Below are positions 12,501 through 24,303 of a stretch of 64,000 bases of DNA, piece by piece. The DNA is from Veleropilina oligotropha. Lineage: Eukaryota. The position numbers and the translations under genes are program-made. The stretch spans positions 682,001 to 746,000 of the forward strand of contig JBEUKZ010000112.1 of NCBI GenBank assembly GCA_048128005.1, given 5' to 3'. The first letter of the stretch is position 1. Each line of letters begins with the position of its first letter. The notes under the pieces are model-generated. The model worked only from the letters and a program-made list of their open reading frames with translations, made no database searches and was not told the DNA's origin.

Positions 12501-15500
12501 TTCATTCAACACAGCCCACACACCCTTCATAAATAGGAAGCCTAATTAAGCTTAATTACCGTTTGTGTCCTTTATTCAACTCTCGACTGTAAAATTGCCA
12601 ATTTGCATCAACGCGACCGCCATTGTTTTCCACAGTTCTGTTGTTATAGCCTAACCTCCTCACTTGCTGAAGTTAATTTGGGCACTGCTCAATTTAAATT
12701 TGGCTCTGCCCAACTTTTCAAGTTAGGGCAAGTGAACTCACGCTTGAAGCTGTGCCCAAGTTCACTAAACTGGCTCTGCCCAACTTTCCATGGTTGACCA
12801 AGGTAACTTTGGCAAGGAGCATCGTTTTAAAATTTCCTTCTTATTCTCAATTTACACCATACCAGCACTGCCAAACTTGTCAACGGCCCAAGTTAAAATT
12901 GGGACAAAGCCTCGTTCTCGAATTGACTTTTAATTTCATATTTCGGCCATTAAAATATACAGTTGCTGTGTACTGGAGTAGCTATTATTTTGTATCTTTA
13001 TTAATGTAAATTCTTACATAAATGTTTATTTAAGCAATAATTATATTTTATATATTACTATTACTGTAATATTGTTATGAATAAATGTAATATGACAACA
13101 CATCTTCAAATATTAATAATATCTATGTTGATATGAAAAGTTAATATATTTATTATGATATTTTTTTTATAAAACTAACTTCTATTATTGTCTGTCTACA
13201 TAAGAGTACTTTGGTACTTTTCTCTACAATTATTGTTTATGTTTAGCTAATAATTATTTACAAATAAATACCATAAAAATTATGAAATCGACAATAATAA
13301 ACATCGACAAAAATACTTTTGGAATGCTGTTTTGGGTTGATCACATGTATGTGATGATAGTAATTTTTGTTGGTATTGTGATGTAAAAACATTTAAAGTT
13401 CATTATTGTATTTAAGTTACGGGATACCAGTTATTTTTGCGGGATACCAGACTTGTAATTCTGGTATCCCTGCTGGGTACCAGAAATTTTAGGGAAGATA
13501 TACCCCTGTACTGGATTTAAGTTTCAATGCTACTGTTACATAACAAAATAATATAATCTAAAATAAATTTTAGAAATACACTGTAGCCTCGGTATAACTC
13601 GCCTCGATATACCGCGATATCGGTTATAACGCGAGGCAGATCATGGCTCCCAAAATTTTATACCATATATACCTACTTTCTATAAAATGAGTCGGTTTCA
13701 TGATAATTTTAGCAAATTAAGGAACCATTTTACAAATTGCAAAACAAAATCGATACTTTTATTAAAATTAAAATCTACCTTGATTCATCTTGATTGTAAA
13801 TGATTCTTTTAAGTTTATTCATACATCATTGTCTTGTTAACTTAATCCCTTTACACATGGAAACAATGGAAAGTAAGTTTGTTGACTCTGAAACATGGCC
13901 GACGGCTTGGGTCTACGGTCGCTTAGGACAATGACAAATTTACTTGCTAACATTAAATCTGTACATGTACTAATAAATATTTTATTACACTTGTTGTTTT
14001 GTAAACAAATATGAAATAAACATTGATGTTTTAAGCGTTGTATGATCAAGTTTCTTTTATGGATATGATTTACGATTAGTAAATCAAATGAATGAATGAT
14101 ATCACGTGATTGAAATTTCGCGGGTGTACGGCCGCTTAGAACAAAGACAAACTGTTAACGATTAGTAAATCACATTACTGAATGATATCACGTGATGGAA
14201 AATTTATTGTATTCCCGTTGTAAATGACATCTACATGTATATTAATTACAAATATCATTACATTATTTTAATTTCGCTTATTTTTTAAATGCAATGCCCT
14301 CCGCATTTTACATATTTGTCGGCAGCTCATTTATAACGCAACGACCTCTGAACTCCATGGATAAACAAAACAACACCCCAAAGATTTCACACGCACGTGA
14401 TATTCCTAGTCACAGAAGAGCGAGCGGCTATTGATCAGTGCAAAACAAAAGAAACGATTAAATGCACTTGCAGCTTAATTGGGTTACTATGAACATGAAC
14501 TACATTTCACCACCGTATAATACGCTATGAACACAACAGACAACAAAGCTTTTATTGCAGATTTAAATTAAAACACATGTTGAAACAATCGGAGTTACAT
14601 TTATAAAATTTCCCCGTCAGACAGGTAAATATATATAAACTATATATATATATATATATAACATTTCAAAATAGCTATAATAAATGTTATATTTCCTGCA
14701 TTCATCATTTTATTTATTTTCCTCATATACACATTACAATGACATTAGCATATTCATGACAGCTTTTCAATAGACAATATTCGTATACCGCGGATCGGTT
14801 ATAACGCGGTGCGTGTCCACTTGGAGCCCAATACCCGCGTTATACCGAGGCTACAGTGTAATATAACTTTTGAATAATTATTTTGGAGAATGGAGGGGGA
14901 TAGAGTGCAATGGATAAGATGCTGGACCACAAACATGTGGTTTCAGTGTCCGGGTGACGGGCCATGTTTCATTTGTCCAAAGCCTTGCTTTCATAACTCA
15001 AATGCTTAATGGCATGATGTATGATTGAAAATGGATGAATATGTTTCCTTTTAACTCATTCCAATCTGAGAATATTGTTTACATATATGGCAAAATTAAA
15101 AAATGTTGGTTCTTTCGTGAATAAAGGCACTTCAGTGCGATCAGTCACGGTAGTATACAACAGAACAGGGTGGATGGTTTCCAATATGTCCCTGGATATT
15201 TAATAATTCTACATTTTCAGGATACCTTGTGTACTGTATTTGGCATTTTTCTGAACTTGGCGGTTTTGGAGACGGACCTGGTTTCGAACAATGAAGTTTT
15301 CAAGGATTTGCTAAGTCTTTCTTTTGCTGCTCTGGTAACTGTTGGTAAGTGGCCATGTATTAAACCTAGTGGAACTTCATTGCATGAATGAAGATGTGAT
15401 AATTTGTGATTGTAATTGACACTATTTTCATATTTAGATTATGTGTCAATTGATGTCAGAAATTCACTAGTAATATGCTCTTTTGGTGTAAAGTATTGGG

Positions 15501-18500
15501 GAAAATGGAGTGCACTCTCGTAAACTCTGTATATAGTCTTGTAATATTTGATAAGTGAATTAAGAAACTGGTAAATTTATGCGTAATGTATACCCAGACA
15601 TTAGTCAGGGATAGTATGGTTTCGTCATCGTTTGCGTCGCTGCCACAGGGATTTTGCGTGTGATTTACGGTCAAAAGTTCTAACCGATTGGATATGCACA
15701 ACGATTTTCGTATTCATGATGGCTACTTTGGCATGGAAGTTTACACAGTTATACGAAAATAACATAATGACAGATTTTCACTTGATAGAACCTCTGGTGA
15801 AGACGGAATATTTTCAATGTCGTGTAATATTTATTGGTTGTCTTTGTTTCAGTGCATGACTCCGACCATCTGATTTTGTCAGCAAACCTCGTTTCCTTGG
15901 GTCTTATGCTTCTGAGGCACCAAAGCCGTCGATCTGGTATGGAACCCTCTGTTATCATGATGAAAACACACAATTTGTTCGGAAATAAAGTTTGTCATTT
16001 CTATAATAAAATTAATGTGTTCAGCTAGGAACAATATTCAAACAAGGCTTATCTTGTAGCATGCATTTGCTATTATGTGTGGAAGATAGTTTAGATCCAT
16101 TGCTCTGGATATACACACATCCATCCACATCATATTTGCTTGCCCAAGTGAAATCACGGAGTCTGAAAGCCGAATGCGAAGCTCGGCCACCAGAATCCCG
16201 TGATCCATCCACTGACCCATGAGAGTATCTCAGTATTCATATGTTAGAATTAAGAAAATGTAGATTTTAATTCGAACCTGGTATAACTGTACATGTACCG
16301 CCACGAATGGTGGAAGATGTGCACCAGCACCGAATATGTACCGCCTCGACTGGTGGAAGATGTGCACCAACACCGAATATGTACCACCTCGACTGGTGGC
16401 AAATGTGCACCAACACCGAATATGTACCACCTTGACTGGTGGCAAATGTGCACCAACACCGAATATGTACCGCCTCGACTGGTGGAATTTGTGCACCAAC
16501 ACCGAATATGTACCGCCTCGACTGGTGGCAGATGTGCACCAACACCGAATATGTTTGCTTTGGTTTGGATCAATGCTTAATGTCCCAATTTTAGCCCCCA
16601 TAGGGTCATATGAGGACATGTCCATATTATCACAGGAGGAAAACTTGTTCTCCTGAGAAAAGCCATCTTCATCAGCCAGTTATGGACAACTGCGCCTGTT
16701 AATTGAACAAGGTGCTCAGTTGAGGAATGGAACCCACTCCTGGGATTCGGAGCAATCAGGCGAAAGAATTGAGAGCCGCGCTCTTATCCACTACACTGCC
16801 GGTGCAATATCAACGAAGACGTGTAGATGATAATGTAACAGTCTTATGTAGCGCATTCTTACACACGTCTCAATGCGCTGAACATTATTATTACCCCTGG
16901 TTATGAGCCTGTGCCCTCTACATGCCATCTCAACTCCCTCTGGGTGCATTAATACAGTCATGTACACGCGGGTAGCGCCGTGACGTACATAACTGCCAAC
17001 CAGGTACCCGTTCAAATCGGCTTGGTGGCCGAGGCAAATATATGCTTATTTCCTTGCCCAAGTGAAATCGCCGAGCTTTGGGGGCGAACGCGAAACTCTG
17101 TGACCCGAGTCGTACGAACAACCCACTGAGCCATGCCAACATCTGTGTGCAATCGCTCTGCAAATTAATATGAATCGAACTGTGCTCGCTCTCCTGGATT
17201 ATGCTATGTCTTTTTTTCCATCTTCAGATCTTGATGAGGCAAATCTGGGAGGTTTCTTGTTGGCTACAGTTACATTTCTGAGCCGAGCACATCATATTCG
17301 CCTTGAAGAAAACAAGATACCAGTTCTTTGTCTTTGTGAATCATACAGTAATGTCTGGGATGATATTGGTCAGCTGTGGTTTCTCGCAATGCAGGGTAAG
17401 TTATCCCTTCAACATAGAATACCTAACCACACCTGAAAAGATGATACAGTAGGTATTGGTTGTTTTATGCTTTTCTTTTTCCAAGGTCCCTCCTTGTTTT
17501 AACTCTTTGGCAGCGAATCGGGTCCCAAACGACCCGAAAATCAATATACATTCGACCTTTTGAATATTTAGTAGCCATGACGCCCATACTATTTCCTGAC
17601 ATGCATACATGCGCGGAGTATTTACTATCGAAGGAAAATCGATCAAAAACTGTTGTTTACTACCAAGATTTAAGTTGTTTAGCAAGTATAAAGATTAGTG
17701 TTTACGTTTGGACATCAGTATATGGAAGTAGGAACTTATCGCAATGTATATCGTTCCTTTTACATAAGTAATAGCCGTGAAATGCTATGCCGAAGCGTGA
17801 ATTATGTTACTAGAAGACCACATGTCGAAGAATTAGGACAGCCAGCATAGGTCAACATGACAGCACTGGTCAATGGATTGACCCTGAAAGCCATGCCCCC
17901 CTAGATTGATCAGCTGATATCGATGTTTACTTTTCGGCTAATAATTACATAACAAAGAAGATTGTAAATATATTTGATTATACAATAAATGTTTATAGAC
18001 TAATTACGAACTGCTATTACATGTAGCATTTGATTGAACACTGGTATTTACAAGCAAGTTTGCGTTTCTGTACTTGACCTCTTTTGCATGACATCATTGA
18101 TATGGAAATGCATTTGTGTGGCGTACCTCTGTTTGACACATAACAACAACGTTATATAATAAGTATAATTTCTAAATTAGTTAATTTATTGCATGTGAAT
18201 ATATACTAGAAAAGTTATGTTTATATATATACACACACGCACACATGTATATACAATTACACACATAATTATATGCACGCACATTCATGTGCACGCACAT
18301 ACATATGCGCACACGTGCAACCATTTATAACTAACAAGATGAAGTAATATTATATTATTCTGTAAACTACTAGTATAAACATTCCTCTTCTGAATGACCT
18401 AATGTTTCTATAATTTTATTACAGCCTGATCTGAGGAATGCAAGCTGGGTTCGAGTGTACCCCTCCCCCCTCGCCCCCCAATTTTCGCAATTTTTTGGTA

Positions 18501-20351
18501 TATAGTGTTTTTCATATTTCAAACGTAAAAATAGAAATAATTGGTTTACACCATAGATTTTTTTTTAATATTCAATTTATGGATAAGCATGGTTATTATG
18601 AACAAATATTGTTCCACATGTTATCTGTAAATTTGTAATATGACATATATCTAAAAATATAATAATTTTTTATTTTTTTTAATTGTTATTTGTGAGCCAC
18701 CCTGTAAAAACATGATGTAACAATGCAACCATTACACAACATTACTTTGAAGATCATTCTATTATCTTTCATGTGATATATAGTTTGTATGGGTTGTGGA
18801 CAGAAATATGTGTCATATAGCACATCTACAAATATCCTATGACAAACTAAAGGTTTTTCCCAATTAAATTCAGCTGCCAAAGAGTTAAGAAACGAAGATT
18901 TCTTGATTTTGTATGTCATTGAGAGTGAAGACCATTTGCAATAATTTTGTTTACAGTATAAAGAGTGTAAAGTACAACAATGATAGTGATAAATTACAAA
19001 TTCCTAAAGTGTGCAATTACCATAATCCATGACTCTTGTATGTAATGTAAATACTCTGGACTACCCTTGAAAATTGAACAATTTTGTCTGTTTCTGGTTC
19101 ATTTTATATCGTAATAAGTGATTTCTGCCCATACAAATTATTCTGACTGATATTTGTTTCAGCATTTTGTGACTGTATTCCTGAAAATTCGAAAGTTTCA
19201 ACTGTTCTAGCCAAGAGTGGATGGCTGCCTCTATTAATAAAGCGATTATTGGAAGTAAAAGGTACATATCGTTAAATAGATTTGGCATTGATAAAATTTA
19301 TTTCTTCATTATTATTTAATATTTAAGTAAATGTATCGTTCAGCGGATATAGTTATTTTTTGGGGAAATATAATCATGGTCTCTGTCAGATGTTAGTTTA
19401 TCAGATGTTAGTTTAAACAGTATTTATTTTGATAACTATATACACAATAATTTACGTCTATATTGATTTCGGGATTTGGCAGCAAGTAGGGTAACTTATA
19501 TTAAGCCATCTCCCTATCAGATGTTCCTATCTGGAGGTTGCTTCATCATATATATACAGCTACAGATATGCCTAGATTCATTAAAATTAAGATATGTGCA
19601 TTTGTCAACTCTCACAGTTATTTGAATGGGTACCGTGTATCAGTAAGTGCATTACTGACTAGACACTGGTTTCACTTTCAGATTTTTTTCAGATTCTTGG
19701 CATTAGTGCTTCAAGGGTAGTGTAATATATTTTCCAACACCTGTGATTTATATTGCTTTGTTACAATGTACAGGTAGTAATGTTGAAAAAGAAGTTGAGG
19801 AAGCCTACATGCAGTTCCTCATAGCCGCATGTAGCGGTGATCCGGCTATAAAGCAAATCGTAAAAGAGAAAAGAGGAATAGAGCTGTCTCGGTATGTTGA
19901 TCTTGCATTGTTGCTAGTTGATGCTTCTAATATAAATGCCACAGTAGCCCATACATGATAGTTAGTGGGATATAGCAGGCTTTCTTCCAGGTTAAAATGA
20001 AGACATAGATGCTCGCATAAATTGGATTTATCCATAACCATAATTATTGTTAATAGCCTCGCTAGATCGTAAATGCGTTTGTCGTCTGGCTCTTTGCACA
20101 AGCACTGCTTTCATAGCCTACTTTATTTCAATTAGTGTACTAAACAAATTATATATTTACATAGATTTATATTATTATTGTTAGTTTAATAAATGTTTGC
20201 AGATGCGTTTAAATGCTGTCATCTTTTCAAGTTCAGTGTTTAGCAGGAAATATTTAAGTTTGAAATACAGTACATGTATTGTATTTTTAGTTGCTTATTG
20301 TTGTCTTTCAGGATGTACCATGCGCCTGGCCTTCACAAGGCATTGTCGTAG
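494..20351 (+). CDS. NCDN: Neurochondrin (norbin), 5'-incomplete; coding exons 494-579, 1122-1186, 3550-3698, 4913-5040, 5495-5554, 7110-7185, 8115-8284, 8762-8950, 10075-10190, 10780-11023, 15221-15344, 15853-15936, 17228-17395, 19163-19261, 19774-19891, 20312-20351
   Basis: Hand-spliced: all 16 exons have AG acceptors, the first 15 have GT donors, and the phases chain into one open frame (1916 nt, ~637 aa, TAG at 20349-20351). Motifs recognised as neurochondrin: [87 protein letters not shown]. Confidence 0.93.
1122..1186 (+). CDS. NCDN: NCDN exon ([21 protein letters not shown])
   Basis: ttgcag| ... |gtaagt; phase 0 to 2. Confidence 0.9.
1251..1345. repeat. Imperfect long hairpin with CGAG-gcacagc-CGAG apex
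   Basis: actgatg...gtgatatc pairs with gatatcac...atcagt. Confidence 0.65.
1441..3386 (-). mobile_element. Non-autonomous Helentron/HINE (DINE-1/pearl-like) element with ~157-bp internal tandem repeats, interrupted by a MITE
   Basis: Minus strand reads TTTTTATCCCCCCGG...hairpin, then (GTCT/GTCC)n microsatellite at 3319-3343, repeats with period 157 (2857, 3014, 3171), and ends ...GGGGGGTATG...CTTGTTT. Confidence 0.75.
1556..2769. mobile_element. MITE, Tc1/mariner-pogo type
   Basis: TIR CAGTGGATTCC...GGAATCCACTG and TA duplication; removing it restores the host repeat ccaacTActcaatac. Confidence 0.9.
3550..3698 (+). CDS. NCDN: NCDN exon ([49 protein letters not shown])
   Basis: cggcag| ... 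|gtatgt; phase 2 to 1; its 3' end is the first unit of the 63-bp repeat, so the donor used is uncertain. Confidence 0.85.
3652..4304 (+). repeat. 63-bp minisatellite (~10.4 units) built from an NCDN exon 3' end plus splice donor
   Basis: Unit tgcggccgtggagagcctgtgtgatatctgcagcagacagggtcagg|gtatgttatcgttata; GT at 3699, 3759, 3822, 3885, 3948, 4011, 4074, 4137, 4200, 4263. Confidence 0.97.
4913..5040 (+). CDS. NCDN: NCDN exon ([13 protein letters not shown]...VQEFIENK)
   Basis: ttgtag| ... |gtatgt; phase 1 to 0. Confidence 0.85.
5495..5554 (+). CDS. NCDN: NCDN exon ([20 protein letters not shown])
   Basis: ctttag| ... |gtttgt; phase 0 to 0; KFExC motif. Confidence 0.88.
5861..6974. mobile_element. 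MITE with TA flanks (Tc1/mariner-like)
   Basis: TA-CTGTAA...attttcgcg at left; cgcgaaatttt...TTACAG-TA at right; subterminal ttagcga repeats. Confidence 0.8.
7110..7185 (+). CDS. NCDN: NCDN exon ([25 protein letters not shown])
   Basis: tttcag| ... |gttagt; phase 0 to 1. Confidence 0.85.
7788..7930. repeat. Imperfect long hairpin with CTCG-acttcgt-CTCG apex
   Basis: tttgata...tttatcctg pairs with caggataaa...tatcaaa. Confidence 0.75.
8115..8284 (+). CDS. NCDN: NCDN exon ([10 protein letters not shown]...[15 protein letters not shown])
   Basis: catcag| ... |gtgggt; phase 1 to 0. Confidence 0.92.
8762..8950 (+). CDS. NCDN: NCDN exon ([22 protein letters not shown]...[20 protein letters not shown])
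   Basis: ttttag| ... |gtagtg; phase 0 to 0. Confidence 0.9.
9526..9622. repeat. Near-perfect 97-bp palindrome (47-bp arms, 1 mismatch, 3-nt loop)
   Basis: ataaactactcgatagcgttgaatagttcagagaaaacactcctgtc-ctc-gacaggagtgttttctctgaactattcaacgctatccagtagtttat; a related half-copy lies at 52131-52186. Confidence 0.95.
10075..10190 (+). CDS. NCDN: NCDN exon ([38 protein letters not shown])
   Basis: ttccag| ... |gtaaaa; phase 0 to 2; strongest neurochondrin motif. Confidence 0.95.
10780..11023 (+). CDS. NCDN: NCDN exon (QGSFSSV...[16 protein letters not shown]...KPSDEIK)
   Basis: cgttag| ... |gtgcgt; phase 2 to 0. Confidence 0.9.
11038..12219. mobile_element. Non-autonomous DNA transposon (short TIR)
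   Basis: TACATGTGATA...TATCACATGTA ends, subterminal ctcccgaaat/ctggaat repeats; inserted 14 nt after an NCDN donor; a second right end at ~13270-13349. Confidence 0.65.
12233..13508. mobile_element. Non-autonomous hAT-like element
   Basis: Imperfect TIR aggggtctaccttc / gaagatatacccct with ggtatccc subterminal motifs; no TSD confirmed. Confidence 0.45.
13579..14858. mobile_element. MITE, pogo/Tigger-like
   Basis: Perfect 20-bp TIR CACTGTAGCCTCGGTATAAC / GTTATACCGAGGCTACAGTG with TA on both sides. Confidence 0.92.
15221..15344 (+). CDS. NCDN: NCDN exon ([17 protein letters not shown]...AALVTV)
   Basis: tttcag| ... |gtaagt; phase 0 to 1. Confidence 0.92.
15853..15936 (+). CDS. NCDN: NCDN exon ([27 protein letters not shown])
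   Basis: tttcag| ... |gtatgg; phase 1 to 1. Confidence 0.9.
16293..16553. repeat. 43-bp minisatellite, ~6 copies, intronic
   Basis: caccgaatatg recurs at 16328, 16371, 16414, 16457, 16500, 16543. Confidence 0.95.
16884..17135 (-). mobile_element. CORE-type tRNA-derived SINE (a more degraded copy at ~16040-16225)
   Basis: Minus strand has cttgggcaagg...tgcctc...gggtacctgg, the MIR/CORE-like core; same family as 43076-43395. Confidence 0.65.
17228..17395 (+). CDS. NCDN: NCDN exon ([11 protein letters not shown]...[13 protein letters not shown])
   Basis: cttcag| ... |gtaagt; phase 1 to 1. Confidence 0.93.
19163..19261 (+). CDS. NCDN: NCDN exon ([32 protein letters not shown])
   Basis: tttcag| ... 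|gtacat; phase 1 to 1. Confidence 0.88.
19774..19891 (+). CDS. NCDN: NCDN exon ([19 protein letters not shown]...KRGIELS)
   Basis: gtacag| ... |gtatgt; phase 1 to 2. Confidence 0.88.
20312..20351 (+). CDS. NCDN: NCDN last coding exon ([12 protein letters not shown])
   Basis: tttcag| acceptor; phase 2 matches the previous exon; TAG stop. Confidence 0.8.
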
Positions 20352-20525
20352 CAGAGTGGATATCGTCTGCTTTTTCATCATATTTGACTATGTATGATCT
20401 CATGGAAAATCTATTAAAATCTACCCATCTTGAAGCTAACAATGTCTGCCTTCATCTCCTCTCACAGTTTTCAGCTGATCACGATCTGACATTCAAGCAC
20501 TCATTAGTGTCCAAGGAGATAAGAC

Positions 20526-20735
20526 TGTCCTCGGTAGCTCAACTGGTAGAGCGTCAGAAAAACATTAAGTGGGATGGTAGGATGTGGGTTCAAACCCCCA
20601 CTTTGGCGTGGCTAATTCTAACGCTTAAAACTAATAGAAGGCATTTCCCTAATGTATGTCGGTCAGATCAGAGTGAGACCTTAAACCCGGTGTCCTATCT
20701 GCGATAAGGCTGAAAAATTGCCCAAAATGGTCTAC
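20526..20735 (+). mobile_element. tRNA-derived SINE downstream of the NCDN stop
   Basis: A box tagctcaactgg, B box ggttcaaaccc, non-tRNA body; inverted diverged copy at 31515-31712. Confidence 0.8.
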
Positions 20736-20964
20736 CTTACCAAGGTCAAAATGTGGGCCAAATGAATACCAGCCTCATATCATAACAAACTTGCAATTGT
20801 AATATATGACATCATTTCATTTCTGTCATTTGAAATATGGCAAATTGAGGGGCAGCAGGCCCAACATTTGAAAAGACCACTAGTTGTAGCTTATGTAAAG
20901 CTAGTTTATCTAAATTTATGCTCTATCCATTAAAGGTTCTTGACATTTTCGCAGTAACATATCC

Positions 20965-22444
20965 TTTATTGTCTCGCCCCGAAGGGAAAGCGAGACTTAG
21001 GGATTACATTTTCCGGCGTCGTCGGCGTCGTCGTCGTCGGCGTCGTCGTCGGCGTGTCATTTTCGGTTAAAGTTTTTCATTGCATGTGTATGGGTTGCTA
21101 AAGGCACTTTTATGCATACATATGCATTGGTAATGGTTATATGGACAACACCTGATACTCTGGAACTGTTATTGAATGGAATTTTATATAAATAATGCAT
21201 GAAATTGGTGTTTTTGGACATAGAAATTTTGGTTAAAGTTTTCGGTTAAAGTTTTTCATCAAGTGTATATGGCTTGCTCAAGGCACTTTTTGGCATATAT
21301 AAGCTTTGTTATTGGTTGTATGGATGTCACCTGATACTCTGGCAGTGATATTGAATAAATTTTAATATAATTAATGGAAATATAGTGGTCTTTTGGGACA
21401 TAGAAATTTAAGCAAATTTTAGGTTAAAGTTTTCGGTTAAAGTTTTTCATCAAGTGTATATGGCTTGCTCAAGGCACTTTTTGGCATACATAAGCTTTGT
21501 TATTGGTTGTATGGATGTCACCTGATACTCTGGCAGTGATATTGAATACATTTTAATATAATTAATGGAAATATAGTGGTCTTTTGGGACATAGAAATTT
21601 AAGCAAATTTTAGGTTAAAGTTTTCGGTTAAAGTTTTTCATCAAGTGTATATGGCTTGCTCAAGGCACTTTTTGGCATATATATGCTTTGTTATTGGTTG
21701 TATGGATGTCACCTGATACTCTGGCAGTGATATTGAATAAATTTTAATATAATTAATGGAAATATAGTGGTCTTTTGGGACATAGAAATTTAAGCAAATT
21801 TTAGGTTAAAGTTTTCGGTTAAAGTTTTTCATCAAGTGTATATGGCTTGCTCAAGGCACTTTTTGGCATATATAAGCTTTGTTATTGGTTGTATGGATGT
21901 CACCTGATACTCTGGCAGTGATATTGAATAAATTTTAATATAATTAATGGAAATATAGTGGTCTTTTGGGACATAGAAATTTAAGCAAATTTTAGGTTAA
22001 AGTTTTCGGTTAAAGTTTTTCATCAAGTGTATATGGCTTGCTCAAGGCACTTTTTGGCATATATATGTTTTGTTATTGGTTGTATGGATGTCACCTGATA
22101 CTCTGGTAGTAATATGGAATAAATTTTATTATAATTAATGGAAATATGGTGTTCTTTTGGGACATAGAAATTTAGGTGAACTTTAGGTTAAAGTTTTATG
22201 GTTAAAGTTTTTCATCAAGTGTATATGGCTTGCTCAAGGCACTTTTTGGCACATATATGATTTGTTATTGGTTGTATGGATGTCACCTGATACTCTGCCA
22301 GTAACATGGAATAACATGGACGTCGGCGTCGTGTCATTTTCGGTTAAAGTTTTTTCAGTTAAAGTTTTTCATTGAATGGAATTTTCTGATACATTGATAT
22401 ATATATATTTAAAGGGCGAGACATATCGGACCGTGGTTCTTGTT
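20965..22444 (+). mobile_element. Helentron/HINE-type element carrying a 191-bp satellite array
   Basis: Subterminal IR tgtctcgccc / gggcgagaca, 5' hairpin, (cgt/cgg)n microsatellite, ends in cttgtt. Confidence 0.8.
21058..22320. repeat. 191-bp tandem repeat, ~6.5 copies
   Basis: cggttaaagtttttcat at 21243, 21434, 21625, 21816, 22007 (period 191); terminal units are diverged. Confidence 0.97.
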
Positions 22445-22620
22445 AAGACAAGAGCTACAATAAGTATTTCTCTAATTCAATTATCAAAATCATGTTTAAG
22501 TGGTGAGTATTCACGTGGATCTGTTTTCAAAAGTCGAATGAAATCTGGATAACTATCCCATTTGTGGCATTGACAGAAAAAGATCTTGGTCTATTATTGT
22601 ATATACTGTAGTGTAAAACT

Positions 22621-23330
22621 ATAAACTATAAATGTGTCCACCGAACACGAATGCCCCCACTGGCAGCCTTTACCAACGAAGTATGAATGATGATAAGCAA
22701 GTGTATGAAGTATCAAGTTAATCCATGAGTGCAGATGGACGTTACAGCAGAATGGAGTTACTCGCACGCAAATACTGGTTCGAAGATCTATGTCATTTGA
22801 CCTTGACCTTGGGCATAGCGGCGACATGGGTGGGTCGCAGAAGCGAAGTATGAATGATGATAAGCAAGTGTATGAAGTATCAAGTCAATCCATGAAGGCA
22901 GATGAAAGTTATAGCAGAATGGAGTTACTCGCATGCAAACACTGGTCCGAAGAGCTAAGTCATTTGACCTTGGGCATAGGGGCGACTGGATGGGTCACAG
23001 AAGCGAAGTATGAATGATGATAAGCAAGTGTATGAAGTATCAACTCAATCCATGAAGGCAGATGGAAGTTATAGCAGAATGGAGTTACTAGCACGCAAAT
23101 ACTGATCCGAAGAGCTAAGTCATTTGACCTTGGGCATAGAGGCAACTGGATGAGTCGCAGATGCGAAGTATGAATAATGATAAGCAAGTGTATGAAGAAT
23201 CAAGTCAATCCATGAAGGCAGATGGAAGTTATAGCAGAATGGAGTTACTTGCACGCAATACTGGTTTTCGGGCAATACTGGTTTTCGGTCACGCCGACGT
23301 GAAGCCCTTTGTTCGGATTAAGCGATTAAA
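22621..23330 (-). mobile_element. HINE-type element with ~160-167-bp tandem repeats (~4 copies)
   Basis: gaagtatgaatgatgataagcaagtgtatgaag recurs at ~22678, 22845, 23005, 23165; minus-strand end gggggcattcgtgttcggtggacacatttatagttt. Confidence 0.7.
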
Positions 23331-24107
23331 ATCGACTTATAAGTAAGTATATACGGTGAAATTCAACAGATAATGTCATTTGAATACGAAATATACCTAT
23401 AATGATAGCATAACATCGAATTAAAGGGCTACACACCAATTTTGCCAAATGGCAGATCGTCCAATATGACTCGCCAATGTCTATAGCATTGGAAAATACA
23501 TTTGAATAAACACTTAACAGTACAATCACTGGAAGGGTTGATATTTAAAGCTGTGAATAAACAACTAACATATGACCAGAGTTCAGTGTGTACATAACTA
23601 GATTGTCGGTTCAATCTGATAATAAATTCTAATTTTTCTCTATCATAATAAATACATCAGATTCTAACTGTTTGACATTACAATATATATATATATATAC
23701 TAATGATAGCGATAGTGATTAAATAACTTGCACTGGGTTACTTCAAGCAGATTGTGTATATAACACCGAATTTTGGACCTAATGACAGTATCAGAATTGT
23801 GAATAATACAATAAATGCACTACATATACATGGCTTTACCGTGATAATTCTGTGAAAGCAGCTTCGAATATTGGCCAATTCCAAACTACTGGAGATACTT
23901 AATATATGGGAGTTTAACAGTGTATAGGGACATGACCCAGGCAAGGTGAAAGCACTGATTGGGTATTCCTCAGGATCTAGGGGGATAGGTGAAAATAATG
24001 CATATACATGCCGATAGGTATCCCAGGTGATATACGGAACATACTATCATACTAGATAACATAGTAGACAATACTATCATACCAACTATCATACTAGCAT
24101 ATCAGAG

Positions 24108-24303
24108 GGTTAGGGTTAGGGTTAGAGGGTTGGCATACTAAAGCATACTAAATCATACCAGCTAGGGTTAGGGTTAGGGTTGGCATACTAGCCCATACTA
24201 AAGCATACCAATTAGGGTTAGGGATAGGGTTAGTGTTAGTGATAGCATACCAGCATACTAAAGCATACCAATTAGGGCTAGGGTTAGCATACCGATTAGG
24301 GTT
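24108..24303 (+). repeat. Interstitial degenerate TTAGGG tracts interspersed with gcatac(c/t)a motifs
   Basis: Several (TTAGGG)2-3 runs; the same motif resumes at 26627-26659. Confidence 0.85.

Noticed and set aside
16293..16553. CRISPR-like array
   Set aside because: Units are contiguous with no unique spacers, there are no cas genes, and the context is a eukaryotic intron. The same applies to the 63-bp and 191-bp arrays.
20526..20610. tRNA gene
   Set aside because: A/B boxes are present but there is no proper cloverleaf, and it continues into a body shared with a second dispersed copy, so it is a SINE head.
24108..24303. True telomere or chromosome-fusion site
   Set aside because: Tracts are short, degenerate, interrupted and all in one orientation, with no head-to-head junction.
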